Shown here: positions 38,660 to 48,019 of the stretch, one piece after another
Layout of the letters: every line of letters begins with the position of its first letter
How positions within the stretch are numbered: position 1 is the first letter of the stretch
IMG/VR virus record: IMGVR_UViG_3300012936_002700
Location: 1-54,265 of that record
DNA length: 54,265 nt
Source: a virus
Taxonomy: Duplodnaviria > Caudoviricetes
Reading direction: 5' to 3' (one strand)
Translations under genes and position numbers: made by a program
Notes under the pieces: model-generated
Database searches by the model: none
The model's input: the letters and a program-made list of their open reading frames with translations, nothing else
Told to the model about the DNA's origin: nothing

Positions 38660-41197
38660 CTATTTACCTTTTTTCTTACGTCCGCCCTTCATGTTGGCGC
38701 ACCAATGATACATTTTTGCACGTTCTCCTGATGCATTTTTAGCCTTCTTACGCAATGATGTTACACTTCCTTTACAACTTGCACCCGCTTTTTTAACCCT
38801 TCCAGGTCTACTTTTGCCCTTCTTCTTGCCATCAGCAAAGTTTTCAGAAACTTTATCTTTTACTTCTATATCTGTATCTGGAATTACAATAGCACTTATT
38901 TCTTTTTTACCTGCTTTTTTGTGTCCCCAGAATCTATGATGTCCGTCAATAACTTGATAACCATTTTTATACTTTCTTACCCATACTGGCGGCATTTTTT
39001 CACCTTTTTCGATTGATGAAATAATATTAGCAAGTTTTGTTGCACTTGCAGGTTGATTCATTTTTTTATCAGGTTCAAAACCTACTAATTTATCAGTTGA
39101 AATATTTATAGGTGCTCCTGACGGTTTATAGTCTCCTGGCTCAGCACCATAGTAACTTGGGTCAGTGTATAAGATTATTTTCTTTTTTCCGTCTGCAACG
39201 TTTTCTCCAAATGGTCTATTTTTAGCAGACTTATCTTTTTTAATCTGTAATTCAATGCCGGATAATCTTTTATTTAGATCTCGAATTTTTGGCTCAAGAT
39301 CCTTAATAGTTTGCACGACTTTCTTTAGTTTACTATTTTGTTTATCGTCAACAGCATCGTTATCTTGATCAGTGTCTATTACAGATTTAAGTAATGCATC
39401 TAATGGATCCTGTGCGTGTGGATATTTTGCTCTAAGTTGTGCTAAAGCCTGCATTGTCTCAGGGTCAAACCCTCTCATTTCTTCTTTGTCTTTTGCTTCA
39501 TTGACTAAAGATTCTACATAGTCGTCAATCATTACAACACGAGCCATATCTTTTCCTTGTGTTGCAAGTGCATCATATCTATGATGGCCGTTAACGATTC
39601 TGCCTTTGCGATCAACAACAATAGGTGAATAAGTATCTTCACGTACTTTCTTATATTGTTTTATAAGTTTTATAAAATCTCTATCTTTTTGCACAGGCTT
39701 AATATTTGCAAGTTTCATTACACCTTGCTTACCGTCAACATCTTTTGATTTAATTTGTGGTGGTGCTTCTCCGTCTGTAGGCTCTGGATCAAAGTTATGA
39801 TCTTGATAACCACTTACGTCACCTACCTTGTATCCTAAACGTTTTAAGTTTCGAATCATATGTTTTGCTTCTTTTTCTCCACCAAAGAAGTTTAACATTA
39901 TATCTTGGTCACCCATGTTAGCATCATCTGGATTAGTTGTTGCTATGTTGGCCATGTTACGCCCTAACTTCATAAAGTCGTAATCTGTTGCGTCACTATC
40001 TACTGATACACTATTTTTTGGTAAAGGTATAAGGTCGCCTTCATCAACTGGCTTGTCAAAGTAGCCTTTTAAATTTTTTGCAGTTCTTTCAAACTTATGA
40101 TCTTTGTGTTTAAATCCAACACCGCCTGATGCTTCCCACTTACTAACATTTTGACCAAAGTCATCAATTAGTATGTTTGGAGTTCCGTCTGCTTGTTTTG
40201 CATAAGACTGTTTATCTGTTGTAATTATAACTTGCTTCGGAGGAAATGCTGATAAGTTTTTCTTTACCCACTCACGTTTGTGTGGTTCTGCTCTTTCATC
40301 ATTTGCTAACGGAGCAGATAGAATGTTGTATTCGCCTTTTATATCTTTAATAATACCTAATAATTTATCTGCATTAGGAGTAGGCTTTAAGTTAAGCCAA
40401 AAATCTTCTTTGTCTCTAATTGCCTGTAGTGCTTGATCAATGTTTTTTATTTGTTTCCAATCATCAACACCCATCATCTTTGTCCACTCACCAAAGAAGT
40501 CAACAAGTACACCGTCCATGTCAACAAATATTTCACTTGCACTTGAAAGTTCTTTTGCTTGTAATTCATTTACTTTACTTTCTTTAGCCATTTTTGTTGC
40601 GGTTGCATACATAACTGCTTTTGCATCTTTGCCATAGCGTTTTTTAAAGTCCTTGGAATTCTTTTTCATTCCTTTAACATATTTTTCTTTATCTTTTTCT
40701 TCGCCTTTAGTTAATGAACGTTCTTCAACACTTTCTTTTAATTCTGGATGATACAACCAATGAACATTTTTTGCATCTTTGCTTACTGATTTGTTGTCAA
40801 TTTTTATTTCAATTGGATACTTTTTCTTAGGATCGTTGTACCAATAGTATGAATCATAACTGCCATCAGCATTACTACGTATTACAAGTCCTCTTGTATG
40901 ATCTTTATCATCTGCTTGTAGTATAATATTTTTTCCATTTGGTAATTTTAAGTCAGCATCAAACTTTACTTTTTTAGTTTCTTTATGTGCAGATTCAGCC
41001 ATTCCTAAATTAAACAATACATTTGTTTTGGAACCTTTTACTTTTTTAGATAGTGTAGGTGGACGTCCACCTTTGTCTACTTTGTTTCCAAACTTGGCGG
41101 CTTGTTTCTTTATTTCGCCAGGACCTACATCAGCAGTTGTATTTTGCTTTGTAATAATACCAACACCAGCGGCTTCTATAACATCACGCCATTTCAT
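38660..41197 (-). CDS. Large modular protein: HAD 5'(3')-nucleotidase-like domain, two ParB/Srx-like domains and short basic modules
   Basis: Leader MKWRDVIE; FVDMDGV...ILIDD; PIVV...VNGHHR; PPV.V...IDGHHR. Confidence 0.75.
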   Translation of the reverse strand: MKWRDVIEAAGVGIITKQNTTADVGPGEIKKQAAKFGNKVDKGGRPPTLSKKVKGSKTNVLFNLGMAESAHKETKKVKFDADLKLPNGKNIILQADDKDHTRGLVIRSNADGSYDSYYWYNDPKKKYPIEIKIDNKSVSKDAKNVHWLYHPELKESVEERSLTKGEEKDKEKYVKGMKKNSKDFKKRYGKDAKAVMYATATKMAKESKVNELQAKELSSASEIFVDMDGVLVDFFGEWTKMMGVDDWKQIKNIDQALQAIRDKEDFWLNLKPTPNADKLLGIIKDIKGEYNILSAPLANDERAEPHKREWVKKNLSAFPPKQVIITTDKQSYAKQADGTPNILIDDFGQNVSKWEASGGVGFKHKDHKFERTAKNLKGYFDKPVDEGDLIPLPKNSVSVDSDATDYDFMKLGRNMANIATTNPDDANMGDQDIMLNFFGGEKEAKHMIRNLKRLGYKVGDVSGYQDHNFDPEPTDGEAPPQIKSKDVDGKQGVMKLANIKPVQKDRDFIKLIKQYKKVREDTYSPIVVDRKGRIVNGHHRYDALATQGKDMARVVMIDDYVESLVNEAKDKEEMRGFDPETMQALAQLRAKYPHAQDPLDALLKSVIDTDQDNDAVDDKQNSKLKKVVQTIKDLEPKIRDLNKRLSGIELQIKKDKSAKNRPFGENVADGKKKIILYTDPSYYGAEPGDYKPSGAPINISTDKLVGFEPDKKMNQPASATKLANIISSIEKGEKMPPVWVRKYKNGYQVIDGHHRFWGHKKAGKKEISAIVIPDTDIEVKDKVSENFADGKKKGKSRPGRVKKAGASCKGSVTSLRKKAKNASGERAKMYHWCANMKGGRKKKGK

Positions 41198-41412
41198 TTA
41201 GTACGTCCTCTAAATTTTGCAGGCATTCCTAACCAGTAAGGTCTACTAAACCAAAGTTGAAACCATTCTGTATCTCCAGGTTTAATACCTTTTTCTCTTT
41301 CAATGCGTTTTTTTTCAGTTCCGGTATGACTTATATTTTCATCAACAGGCTTCAATCCTTGAAAACTATATTCACCTACACCTGCTAATCTTTTTAAAGT
41401 ATCTAAATCCAT
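41194..41412 (-). CDS. Small hypothetical protein with LKRLAG motif
   Basis: ORF; IKPG..EWF.LWF. Confidence 0.7.
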   Translation of the reverse strand: MDLDTLKRLAGVGEYSFQGLKPVDENISHTGTEKKRIEREKGIKPGDTEWFQLWFSRPYWLGMPAKFRGRTK

Positions 41413-42554
41413 TATGCTGTCGCTAAATCTGCTTCTATTTCTTTTTTAATTTGTGCTATTTCTGCATTATCAGGTTTGAAGTCTTTGATAATGTTTGTCA
41501 TTTCTTTTCTGGATTTACCTTCTTTCTCTGCGGTAGTCAATTCATCATATAATTTTTTACCACCGTATATAGCAATAGCAACGCCCACTGCTGGTAATCC
41601 ATACTTTAATAATCCTTTTACAATAGGATGATCAATTACGCCTTGAACAAATTCTATTGCATCTGATATCCAACTAATACCTTTCCATGCAACTAATGAG
41701 AAACTAATTAACCATTTGTTGTTCCATAAAAATTTTCCAAGTTTTAATATTGTACCACCATATCGAAGTGTTGTTAACACCGCTGGCATTATTTCATCTA
41801 AATTTTCATCTTTTTTCTTAGTACCGAAAGCATCATGTCTAAAGGCTTTATCAGTACCAACTTTACTTGCCAATGCTCTACGTCTTTTAATTTTATCTTG
41901 TATTGATGGTTCTTCTGGCTCTGGTGGTCTTCTTTTTACTGTATGCTTTTTTCCACTGGTAGTTGCAAAGCCGAATATTTCATTTGTATTTTCATTACCT
42001 AAAATACCTTGTAACTTTTCAAACATTTTTTTAGCAAAAGGTTTTGCACTTTTAGTAACATTTGCTTCAAAGGTATCATAGTCACCATCCATTGCCGCTT
42101 GACGTAACTTTGTTGCACTTGCACCAGAAGCATCATCTGCTGATGCATCACGTGAAAGTTTCTTTTGATTAATACTATTAAATTGAAAAAAGCCATGTGT
42201 GGCTTCTGTTCCATTATATTTTTCTAATAAAGGACGTAATTTATCTTCTCCTTCAAAAATTGTTATATCTGTATATCCTTTTTTGTATAATTCTACAGCA
42301 ACAGGAAATACATTCTTTGCAAGACTAACATTTATATCTGGAAAACTTTTTTCTGCCCAGTCTAATTTTTCTTGTGGTGATAAAGGATCTGTTGGTAGTT
42401 TAGCAGGACGATCAGTTAAGAATAAAAATGCATCTCCTGGTCCTTGTTTAATTGCTTCAACGAGTAAGGCATGACCTCTATGTGCAGGATTCATTCTGCC
42501 TAATGCAAAACTTGCTTCTTTAGTAGGTGCTTCGAATAGTTGCCTTAGTAACAT
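41412..42554 (-). CDS. HxGH nucleotidyltransferase (cytidyltransferase-like) with C-terminal modules including a hydrophobic segment
   Basis: Leader MLLRQLFE; GRMNPAHRGH, PL...EK, SATKLR. Confidence 0.75.
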   Translation of the reverse strand: MLLRQLFEAPTKEASFALGRMNPAHRGHALLVEAIKQGPGDAFLFLTDRPAKLPTDPLSPQEKLDWAEKSFPDINVSLAKNVFPVAVELYKKGYTDITIFEGEDKLRPLLEKYNGTEATHGFFQFNSINQKKLSRDASADDASGASATKLRQAAMDGDYDTFEANVTKSAKPFAKKMFEKLQGILGNENTNEIFGFATTSGKKHTVKRRPPEPEEPSIQDKIKRRRALASKVGTDKAFRHDAFGTKKKDENLDEIMPAVLTTLRYGGTILKLGKFLWNNKWLISFSLVAWKGISWISDAIEFVQGVIDHPIVKGLLKYGLPAVGVAIAIYGGKKLYDELTTAEKEGKSRKEMTNIIKDFKPDNAEIAQIKKEIEADLATA

Positions 42555-42889
42555 TAGTACTCGCCTTCTTTAAATCCATCTGTCTCTTGATCAATTATTG
42601 ACTGTGCAAGTACCTTTCTTTCATCGGGTGTCATTAAATCATTTTCGGCATAAGGTAAATCATATTTCTTTACATAATGACTTAATCCTTTGTCAACCAT
42701 AGGCAATACAAATCCCATTACTTTGTTAGCATCGCCTTTGTTATAGCAGTCTTGACACTTTGCCATAGTAGGATAATATAATTGTCTGTAAAAATTAGTA
42801 TCATCTCTCATGTGGCATAACAAATCACTCGGTACGTCAAATGATGGTTGGTCTTGTTTATCTTTTTTGATTAAATCATCAATGTTCAT
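42554..42889 (-). CDS. Hypothetical protein
   Basis: ORF. Confidence 0.7.
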   Translation of the reverse strand: MNIDDLIKKDKQDQPSFDVPSDLLCHMRDDTNFYRQLYYPTMAKCQDCYNKGDANKVMGFVLPMVDKGLSHYVKKYDLPYAENDLMTPDERKVLAQSIIDQETDGFKEGEY

Positions 42890-42892
42890 AAT

Positions 42893-43714
42893 TTACCACT
42901 TTCTGCAAGACCAGTAACGTGCTTTTGTTCTTGGTCCTGGATTATCACAATTATGTCTTGCTCTAAAACTCTTTCTTGCACCTGGATTGTTTTTTCTAAT
43001 ACGCATTGATTTACCTTTTACACTGCTACCGCCGTGTCCAAAGTTAACCTTTTTAACGTTTCCTGTTTTAGGATCTTTTACGTATACTTTAAATTTCTTA
43101 ACATCACCTGCCATAGGTTTGCCAAGTTTAACTTTACGTCCTTGGTACTCTGCTTCATCCATAGGATCGTCATCATCATTGTACCACATAACACCATATG
43201 CTTCGTAGAAATCATCATCGTCATCATATGTTTCGTCTATACTTGCATTTGCAAGTGTTTTGATTCTATCAAGTTCGTCAGTGTCTTCATCAACACCAAA
43301 ACCTACAATATCATCTCCTAAGATCTTTACCGCTTCTGTGCAGGTGTCTTCATCAATTTCTGATACACCCATAAGTTTCATAAATTCTTTTTGCATAGCA
43401 TCTGTGATAGGTAACATTTTTGAGAATTTTTCTGGATTACGAAACAGTTCATCTTCGGCTTTGTTTCTGTCGCCACCAAACATTTCTACTGCTTTTTCAA
43501 ATTCGTTGTCTTCAACCCCATCTGTTAAAATGCCTGAGTCTATAAAGCCTCTAAACATACCAGATGGTAGTTCGTCACCGTTGTTGCCTCGATACTTGCT
43601 GTATTTGTTATACCAAGCCTCTAATGCTGACTTGTCAACGTGTGCTTCTGCTACATTAGGTTGGTCGACTACATCGAGTCCTGCTTCTTTAAGATATCTT
43701 TTAAATTCGCTCAT
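42893..43714 (-). CDS. Modular protein: acidic N-part plus basic C-terminal module
   Basis: MSEFKRYLKEAGL; MDE/AEYQGRKV...SFRARHNC...YWSC. Confidence 0.7.
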   Translation of the reverse strand: MSEFKRYLKEAGLDVVDQPNVAEAHVDKSALEAWYNKYSKYRGNNGDELPSGMFRGFIDSGILTDGVEDNEFEKAVEMFGGDRNKAEDELFRNPEKFSKMLPITDAMQKEFMKLMGVSEIDEDTCTEAVKILGDDIVGFGVDEDTDELDRIKTLANASIDETYDDDDDFYEAYGVMWYNDDDDPMDEAEYQGRKVKLGKPMAGDVKKFKVYVKDPKTGNVKKVNFGHGGSSVKGKSMRIRKNNPGARKSFRARHNCDNPGPRTKARYWSCRKW

Positions 43715-43773
43715 ATGATTAACCCTTTATACTGCTAATATAAAGTATTTATCACAGTTTGTCTACTAAAAGT

Positions 43774-44043
43774 TTATACAGAGATTTCGATATTGAACTT
43801 TGAAAACCCTAAATCAAACAGTCTATTTGCTACTCTTTCAGCAACAGCGTTGCTTTCTGCTTCATCTAACTGCTTGTGGGTATCAATTGTAAGCACAGTT
43901 TCGCCCTTATCAGACTCATATACTTCATATAATGCTTCAGACTCAGTAAGTGCTTCGTCAGTGCAGTTTAACACTTGTTCAGCAACAATAGAATCTACAT
44001 CTTCTTGCTTACCTTGCCATACAATATTAATAAAATTTGACAT
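43774..44043 (-). CDS. Acidic hypothetical protein
   Basis: ORF with SD AGGAG. Confidence 0.7.
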   Translation of the reverse strand: MSNFINIVWQGKQEDVDSIVAEQVLNCTDEALTESEALYEVYESDKGETVLTIDTHKQLDEAESNAVAERVANRLFDLGFSKFNIEISV

Positions 44044-44051
44044 ATTGACTC

Positions 44052-44393
44052 CTAATGATTTAACAAGATGCTGTTAATAGTACCATCTGTATATGTTACT
44101 ACTGCTCTTATCCATACATAATTACCTGTTACATTAACAATTTTACTTGCAGTTGTGCCTTGTTCAAGATTACTGCTTACGCTGAACCAGTCTGTATCTG
44201 CAGGAGCCGTTGCAAGTGAGGCTTGTATATCTATTGTGCCTCTAAAGCCTGTGATATTGTACTGTATTGTGTGTACGCCATCTGCACGACCATAATAGCC
44301 GTCACCTTTAAACTTATCACCTGTGATAGTTTCTACAGTGCTATCTCCAGGATGCGTATTTGCTGATAAAATTGTTTCACTACTGCTTGGCAT
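44052..44393 (-). CDS. Beta-rich hypothetical protein, possibly structural
   Basis: ORF; TAAATA 5 nt upstream. Confidence 0.7.
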   Translation of the reverse strand: MPSSSETILSANTHPGDSTVETITGDKFKGDGYYGRADGVHTIQYNITGFRGTIDIQASLATAPADTDWFSVSSNLEQGTTASKIVNVTGNYVWIRAVVTYTDGTINSILLNH

Positions 44394-44410
44394 ACAACTA
44401 TTTATCCGAT

Positions 44411-46663
44411 CTATGCTGTTACAGTTTCTGCTTTTTTACTCGGTACTAATTGGATTTTGTTGTTCTTAGTGTCAATATGCAAGTGGCCACCATCTTTTAG
44501 TTTTCCGAACAATAGTATCTTACTCAAATCACGTTTGATCTCTTTGTCTATTGTACGTTGCAATGGTCTTGCACCCATCTTCTTGTCAAAGCCAACATCT
44601 ACAAGGTAATCAATAGTATCATCTGTAATGTCAACAGTAACATTTTTCTCTTTAAGCATATCACGTAATTCAACAAGGAACTTGCCTACAATTTTGATCA
44701 TTGTATTTTTCTCAAGTTTGCCAAATGCGATAACGCCATCAAGTCTATTACGGAATTCTGGAGCAAAAAACTTCTTAAGTTCTGTGTCTTCGTAATCCAT
44801 TTCCATATCTTCATTGAAGCCGATAGCATTTTTCTCTGCTTGTTCCGCACCTAAGTTAGTGGTAAGGATCAATACACAATTTTTTGCATCGGCTTCTTTC
44901 CCGTTGCTTCCGGTAACTTTTCCATTGTCCATTAATTGTAGTAGAATTTGTGAAACATCTGGGTGTGCTTTTTCTACTTCATCAAGTAGTAATACACAAT
45001 TAGGATGTTCTTGCAGTTTAGTAATTAACTGTCCTGCACTATCTTCATAACCTACATATCCTGGAGGTGAACCAATTAATTTTGCTACTGAATGTTTTTC
45101 TTGATACTCAGACATATCAAAACGTACAAGTTCAACACTTAATTCATTTGCAAGTTGCTTGGCTGTTTCTGTTTTACCTACACCAGTTGGACCCATAAAC
45201 ACAAACGCACCTACTGGTTTGTTATCTGGTTTAAGTCCTGCTTGTGCTACAAGGATTTTGTCTACAATCTCATCAATCGCTTTGTCTTGTCCATAAACTT
45301 GTTTCTTAAGATTATTTTCAAGATGTGCAAGATTGCTTGATTCTTTTTGTGATATTTGCTCTGGCGGAAGTTTAATTGCTTTTGCAAGTTCAAATTCTAC
45401 TTCTGCTTTGCCTACAATTTTGTCTCCTTTAACTTTTTTCAAATTAAAGCGTGAACAAGCAAGATCAAGTAAATCAATTGCTTTGTCTGGTAATTTTTTA
45501 TCTGCCATATATTTCACACTTAATTTAATTGCGGCATCAATTGCTTCTTCTGTAATAGTTGTACTATGATAATCTTCATAATACTTTTTAATACCAAGTA
45601 AAATATCTTTTGTAACTTCTTTGCTTGGCTCTGTAACACTAACACGTTGAAATCTACGCATCAATGCTCTGTCTTTTTCAAAATACTTTCTATATTCTTC
45701 CCATGTTGTACTTGCAACAACTTTAATATCACCTTTACCAAGTGCTGGCTTTAACATATTAGCAAGATCATTTGCACTATTAGAACCACCACCTGCACCT
45801 GCACCATTTATCATATGTGCTTCGTCGATGAATACTACTGTTTTACCTTGCTTTTTAATTGCCTGCATAACAAGTTTGAAACGTTCTTCAAAGTCGCCTC
45901 TGTATTTAGAACCTGCTAACATGGCACTTACGTCAAGATTATATACACTATATTCTTGTAAAAATTCTGGAACTGTTTTGTTAACAATATTAAATGCAAG
46001 TCCTTCAGCAATAGCAGTTTTACCTACACCAGGATCGCCTACAAGTAATACATTGTTTTTAGTTCTACGTCCAAGTGCAAGAGCAATGCTTTCAAGTTCT
46101 TCTGCTCTGCCAATAACGGGATCAATTTTATTTTGTTCAACTTCTTTGTTTAAATTTGTTGTATACTCACGTAAGGCTTTTTGTGCGACTGCTTTCATTT
46201 CTTCGTCGTCTGCCCAAGTATCAATCTCACTGTTTAAGTATTCTGCAAATCCTTCTTTTGTAAGTCCTGCTTTTTGAATATGGTAATATGACCAAGACTT
46301 TTTCTCATTCATGATACTTAAGAACACATCTGTTATCTCAATATGATGTCTACCACTGAACAAAACTTGTGTAAATGCTCTATTAAGAACACGTTCTACA
46401 GTAGCAGTCTTTTTAGGCTTGTATTTTTTAGCCATTTCTGGTGTTAACGTAATATCTTGTAAGTCTGCTTTTAAATAATGCTCAATATTCTTTTTAATAA
46501 ACTCAGGATCTACTCCTGTGCCTTCAACAATTTTACAGAACTTTTCAGAACATAGCATTGCAAATAGCAAATGCTCAAGAGTCACATACTCGTGATTTAA
46601 CTTCTTAGCATCTCCTGTTGCTTTATCAAATACTGCTTGTAAATCGTCACTTGGTTCAACCAT
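44411..46663 (-). CDS. clpA: ATP-dependent Clp protease ATPase subunit, ClpA-like
   Basis: Clp-N (HEYVTLEHLL), GDPGVGKT, GPTGVGKT, DMSEY, PPGYVG, IGF loop, GARPL; no ClpB M-domain. Confidence 0.9.
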   Translation of the reverse strand: MVEPSDDLQAVFDKATGDAKKLNHEYVTLEHLLFAMLCSEKFCKIVEGTGVDPEFIKKNIEHYLKADLQDITLTPEMAKKYKPKKTATVERVLNRAFTQVLFSGRHHIEITDVFLSIMNEKKSWSYYHIQKAGLTKEGFAEYLNSEIDTWADDEEMKAVAQKALREYTTNLNKEVEQNKIDPVIGRAEELESIALALGRRTKNNVLLVGDPGVGKTAIAEGLAFNIVNKTVPEFLQEYSVYNLDVSAMLAGSKYRGDFEERFKLVMQAIKKQGKTVVFIDEAHMINGAGAGGGSNSANDLANMLKPALGKGDIKVVASTTWEEYRKYFEKDRALMRRFQRVSVTEPSKEVTKDILLGIKKYYEDYHSTTITEEAIDAAIKLSVKYMADKKLPDKAIDLLDLACSRFNLKKVKGDKIVGKAEVEFELAKAIKLPPEQISQKESSNLAHLENNLKKQVYGQDKAIDEIVDKILVAQAGLKPDNKPVGAFVFMGPTGVGKTETAKQLANELSVELVRFDMSEYQEKHSVAKLIGSPPGYVGYEDSAGQLITKLQEHPNCVLLLDEVEKAHPDVSQILLQLMDNGKVTGSNGKEADAKNCVLILTTNLGAEQAEKNAIGFNEDMEMDYEDTELKKFFAPEFRNRLDGVIAFGKLEKNTMIKIVGKFLVELRDMLKEKNVTVDITDDTIDYLVDVGFDKKMGARPLQRTIDKEIKRDLSKILLFGKLKDGGHLHIDTKNNKIQLVPSKKAETVTA

Positions 46664-47180
46664 ATGTTATTACACCTTTATATCTTTTCATTAATTTTGC
46701 TTGTTTCTTCTTTGCCATATCTATTTTAATTTTACTTACACGGTCTGTATAATTAATACCATATAAGTGATCAAACTCATGTTGAAATATTCTTGCATTC
46801 CAACCTGTAAACTCTATTGTACATTCTTTTCCTGTAGAGTCAAGAAAAGATGCTACCAAAGCCTCGGCACGTTTTACCTTAAAGTATAGTAATGGAAAAC
46901 TTAAACACCCTTCTTCTCCTAAAACAGTTTGTTCAGATACCTTTTCAATCTTAGGATTGATTACTGCAAAAGGTTTATCATCATAACCTTCAAGTTTTTC
47001 AGGAGATAAAACAAAAATTTGTGCATCAAGTCCTACTTGATTTGCACTTAGACCAACACCATGTTCTTTTAACATGATAGCAATCATTTCCTCTTCAATT
47101 TTTTTAGCATCTAACTTATCAAAATCAAATGGTTGAACTTTCTTTTCTAACCATTCATTTGGATGATATACTAATTTCAT
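46656..47180 (-). CDS. def: Peptide deformylase
   Basis: GVGLSANQVG, EGCLS, QHEFDHL. Confidence 0.95.
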   Translation of the reverse strand: MKLVYHPNEWLEKKVQPFDFDKLDAKKIEEEMIAIMLKEHGVGLSANQVGLDAQIFVLSPEKLEGYDDKPFAVINPKIEKVSEQTVLGEEGCLSFPLLYFKVKRAEALVASFLDSTGKECTIEFTGWNARIFQHEFDHLYGINYTDRVSKIKIDMAKKKQAKLMKRYKGVITYG

Positions 47181-48013
47181 TTCTTTAACTTCCTTATTAC
47201 TTCGCGTTCTTCTTGTGTAAGATTCTTTGGAATCACACCGTTAATTTTTAAGTAAACATTTCCTGAAGATCCAGTGTTATAGTCGGGTAAGCCTTGTCCG
47301 TTTATGCTCATTACTGTGCCTGGTTGTGTGCCTTGTGGTATGTTAATACTTATAGTTCTACCTGAGGGCAAGGTTAAGTTTGTGGTAGTTCCTAATATCA
47401 AATCATATACATTTATAGATTTTTGAGTATGTAAATTCAAATGATCAATATCAAAATTTGGATCACGTAAAATTCTAACTCTAACATTTAAATTTCCTGC
47501 AGGTATATTTGGAATACTATTATCCCCTAAGCCTTGGTACCTAATTGTGTCACCTTGCCTTGCACCTTTGGGTACATCAATATTTACTGTACGTTCTTGT
47601 CCGCTATGTGTTCTGAATGTTGCAATTACTCCCTTTCCAGTATAAACTTCAGCAAGTGTAATATCACAATTGATTGTTATATCTGCATTTTGTTGATGTC
47701 GCGGACCTCTCCGTCCACCAAAGCCTCCTCCAAAAAATGTAGAAAACAAATCTCCCATATCACCATCAAAATGGAATTGAGTTCCTCCACCTTGGAATGG
47801 ATTTGCTTGTTGTGGATCAGCAGTACCATATTGGTCATACATTTGTTTCTTTTGGGGATCGGATAAAACTTGATATGCTTCGTTTAATTGGGTAAATTTT
47901 TTATGGTCACCACCTTTGTCAGGGTGATGCTTTGCCGCTTGTTTTCGGAAAGCAGTTTTTATATCTTTATCTGATGCGTTACGTGAAACGCCTAAAAGGT
48001 CGTAATAATCCAT
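47177..48013 (-). CDS. dnaJ: DnaJ-class co-chaperone without Zn finger (type II/CbpA-like)
   Basis: J-domain HPD, G/F-rich linker, C-terminal domain. Confidence 0.9.
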   Translation of the reverse strand: MDYYDLLGVSRNASDKDIKTAFRKQAAKHHPDKGGDHKKFTQLNEAYQVLSDPQKKQMYDQYGTADPQQANPFQGGGTQFHFDGDMGDLFSTFFGGGFGGRRGPRHQQNADITINCDITLAEVYTGKGVIATFRTHSGQERTVNIDVPKGARQGDTIRYQGLGDNSIPNIPAGNLNVRVRILRDPNFDIDHLNLHTQKSINVYDLILGTTTNLTLPSGRTISINIPQGTQPGTVMSINGQGLPDYNTGSSGNVYLKINGVIPKNLTQEEREVIRKLKK

Positions 48014-48019
48014 AGCAGT

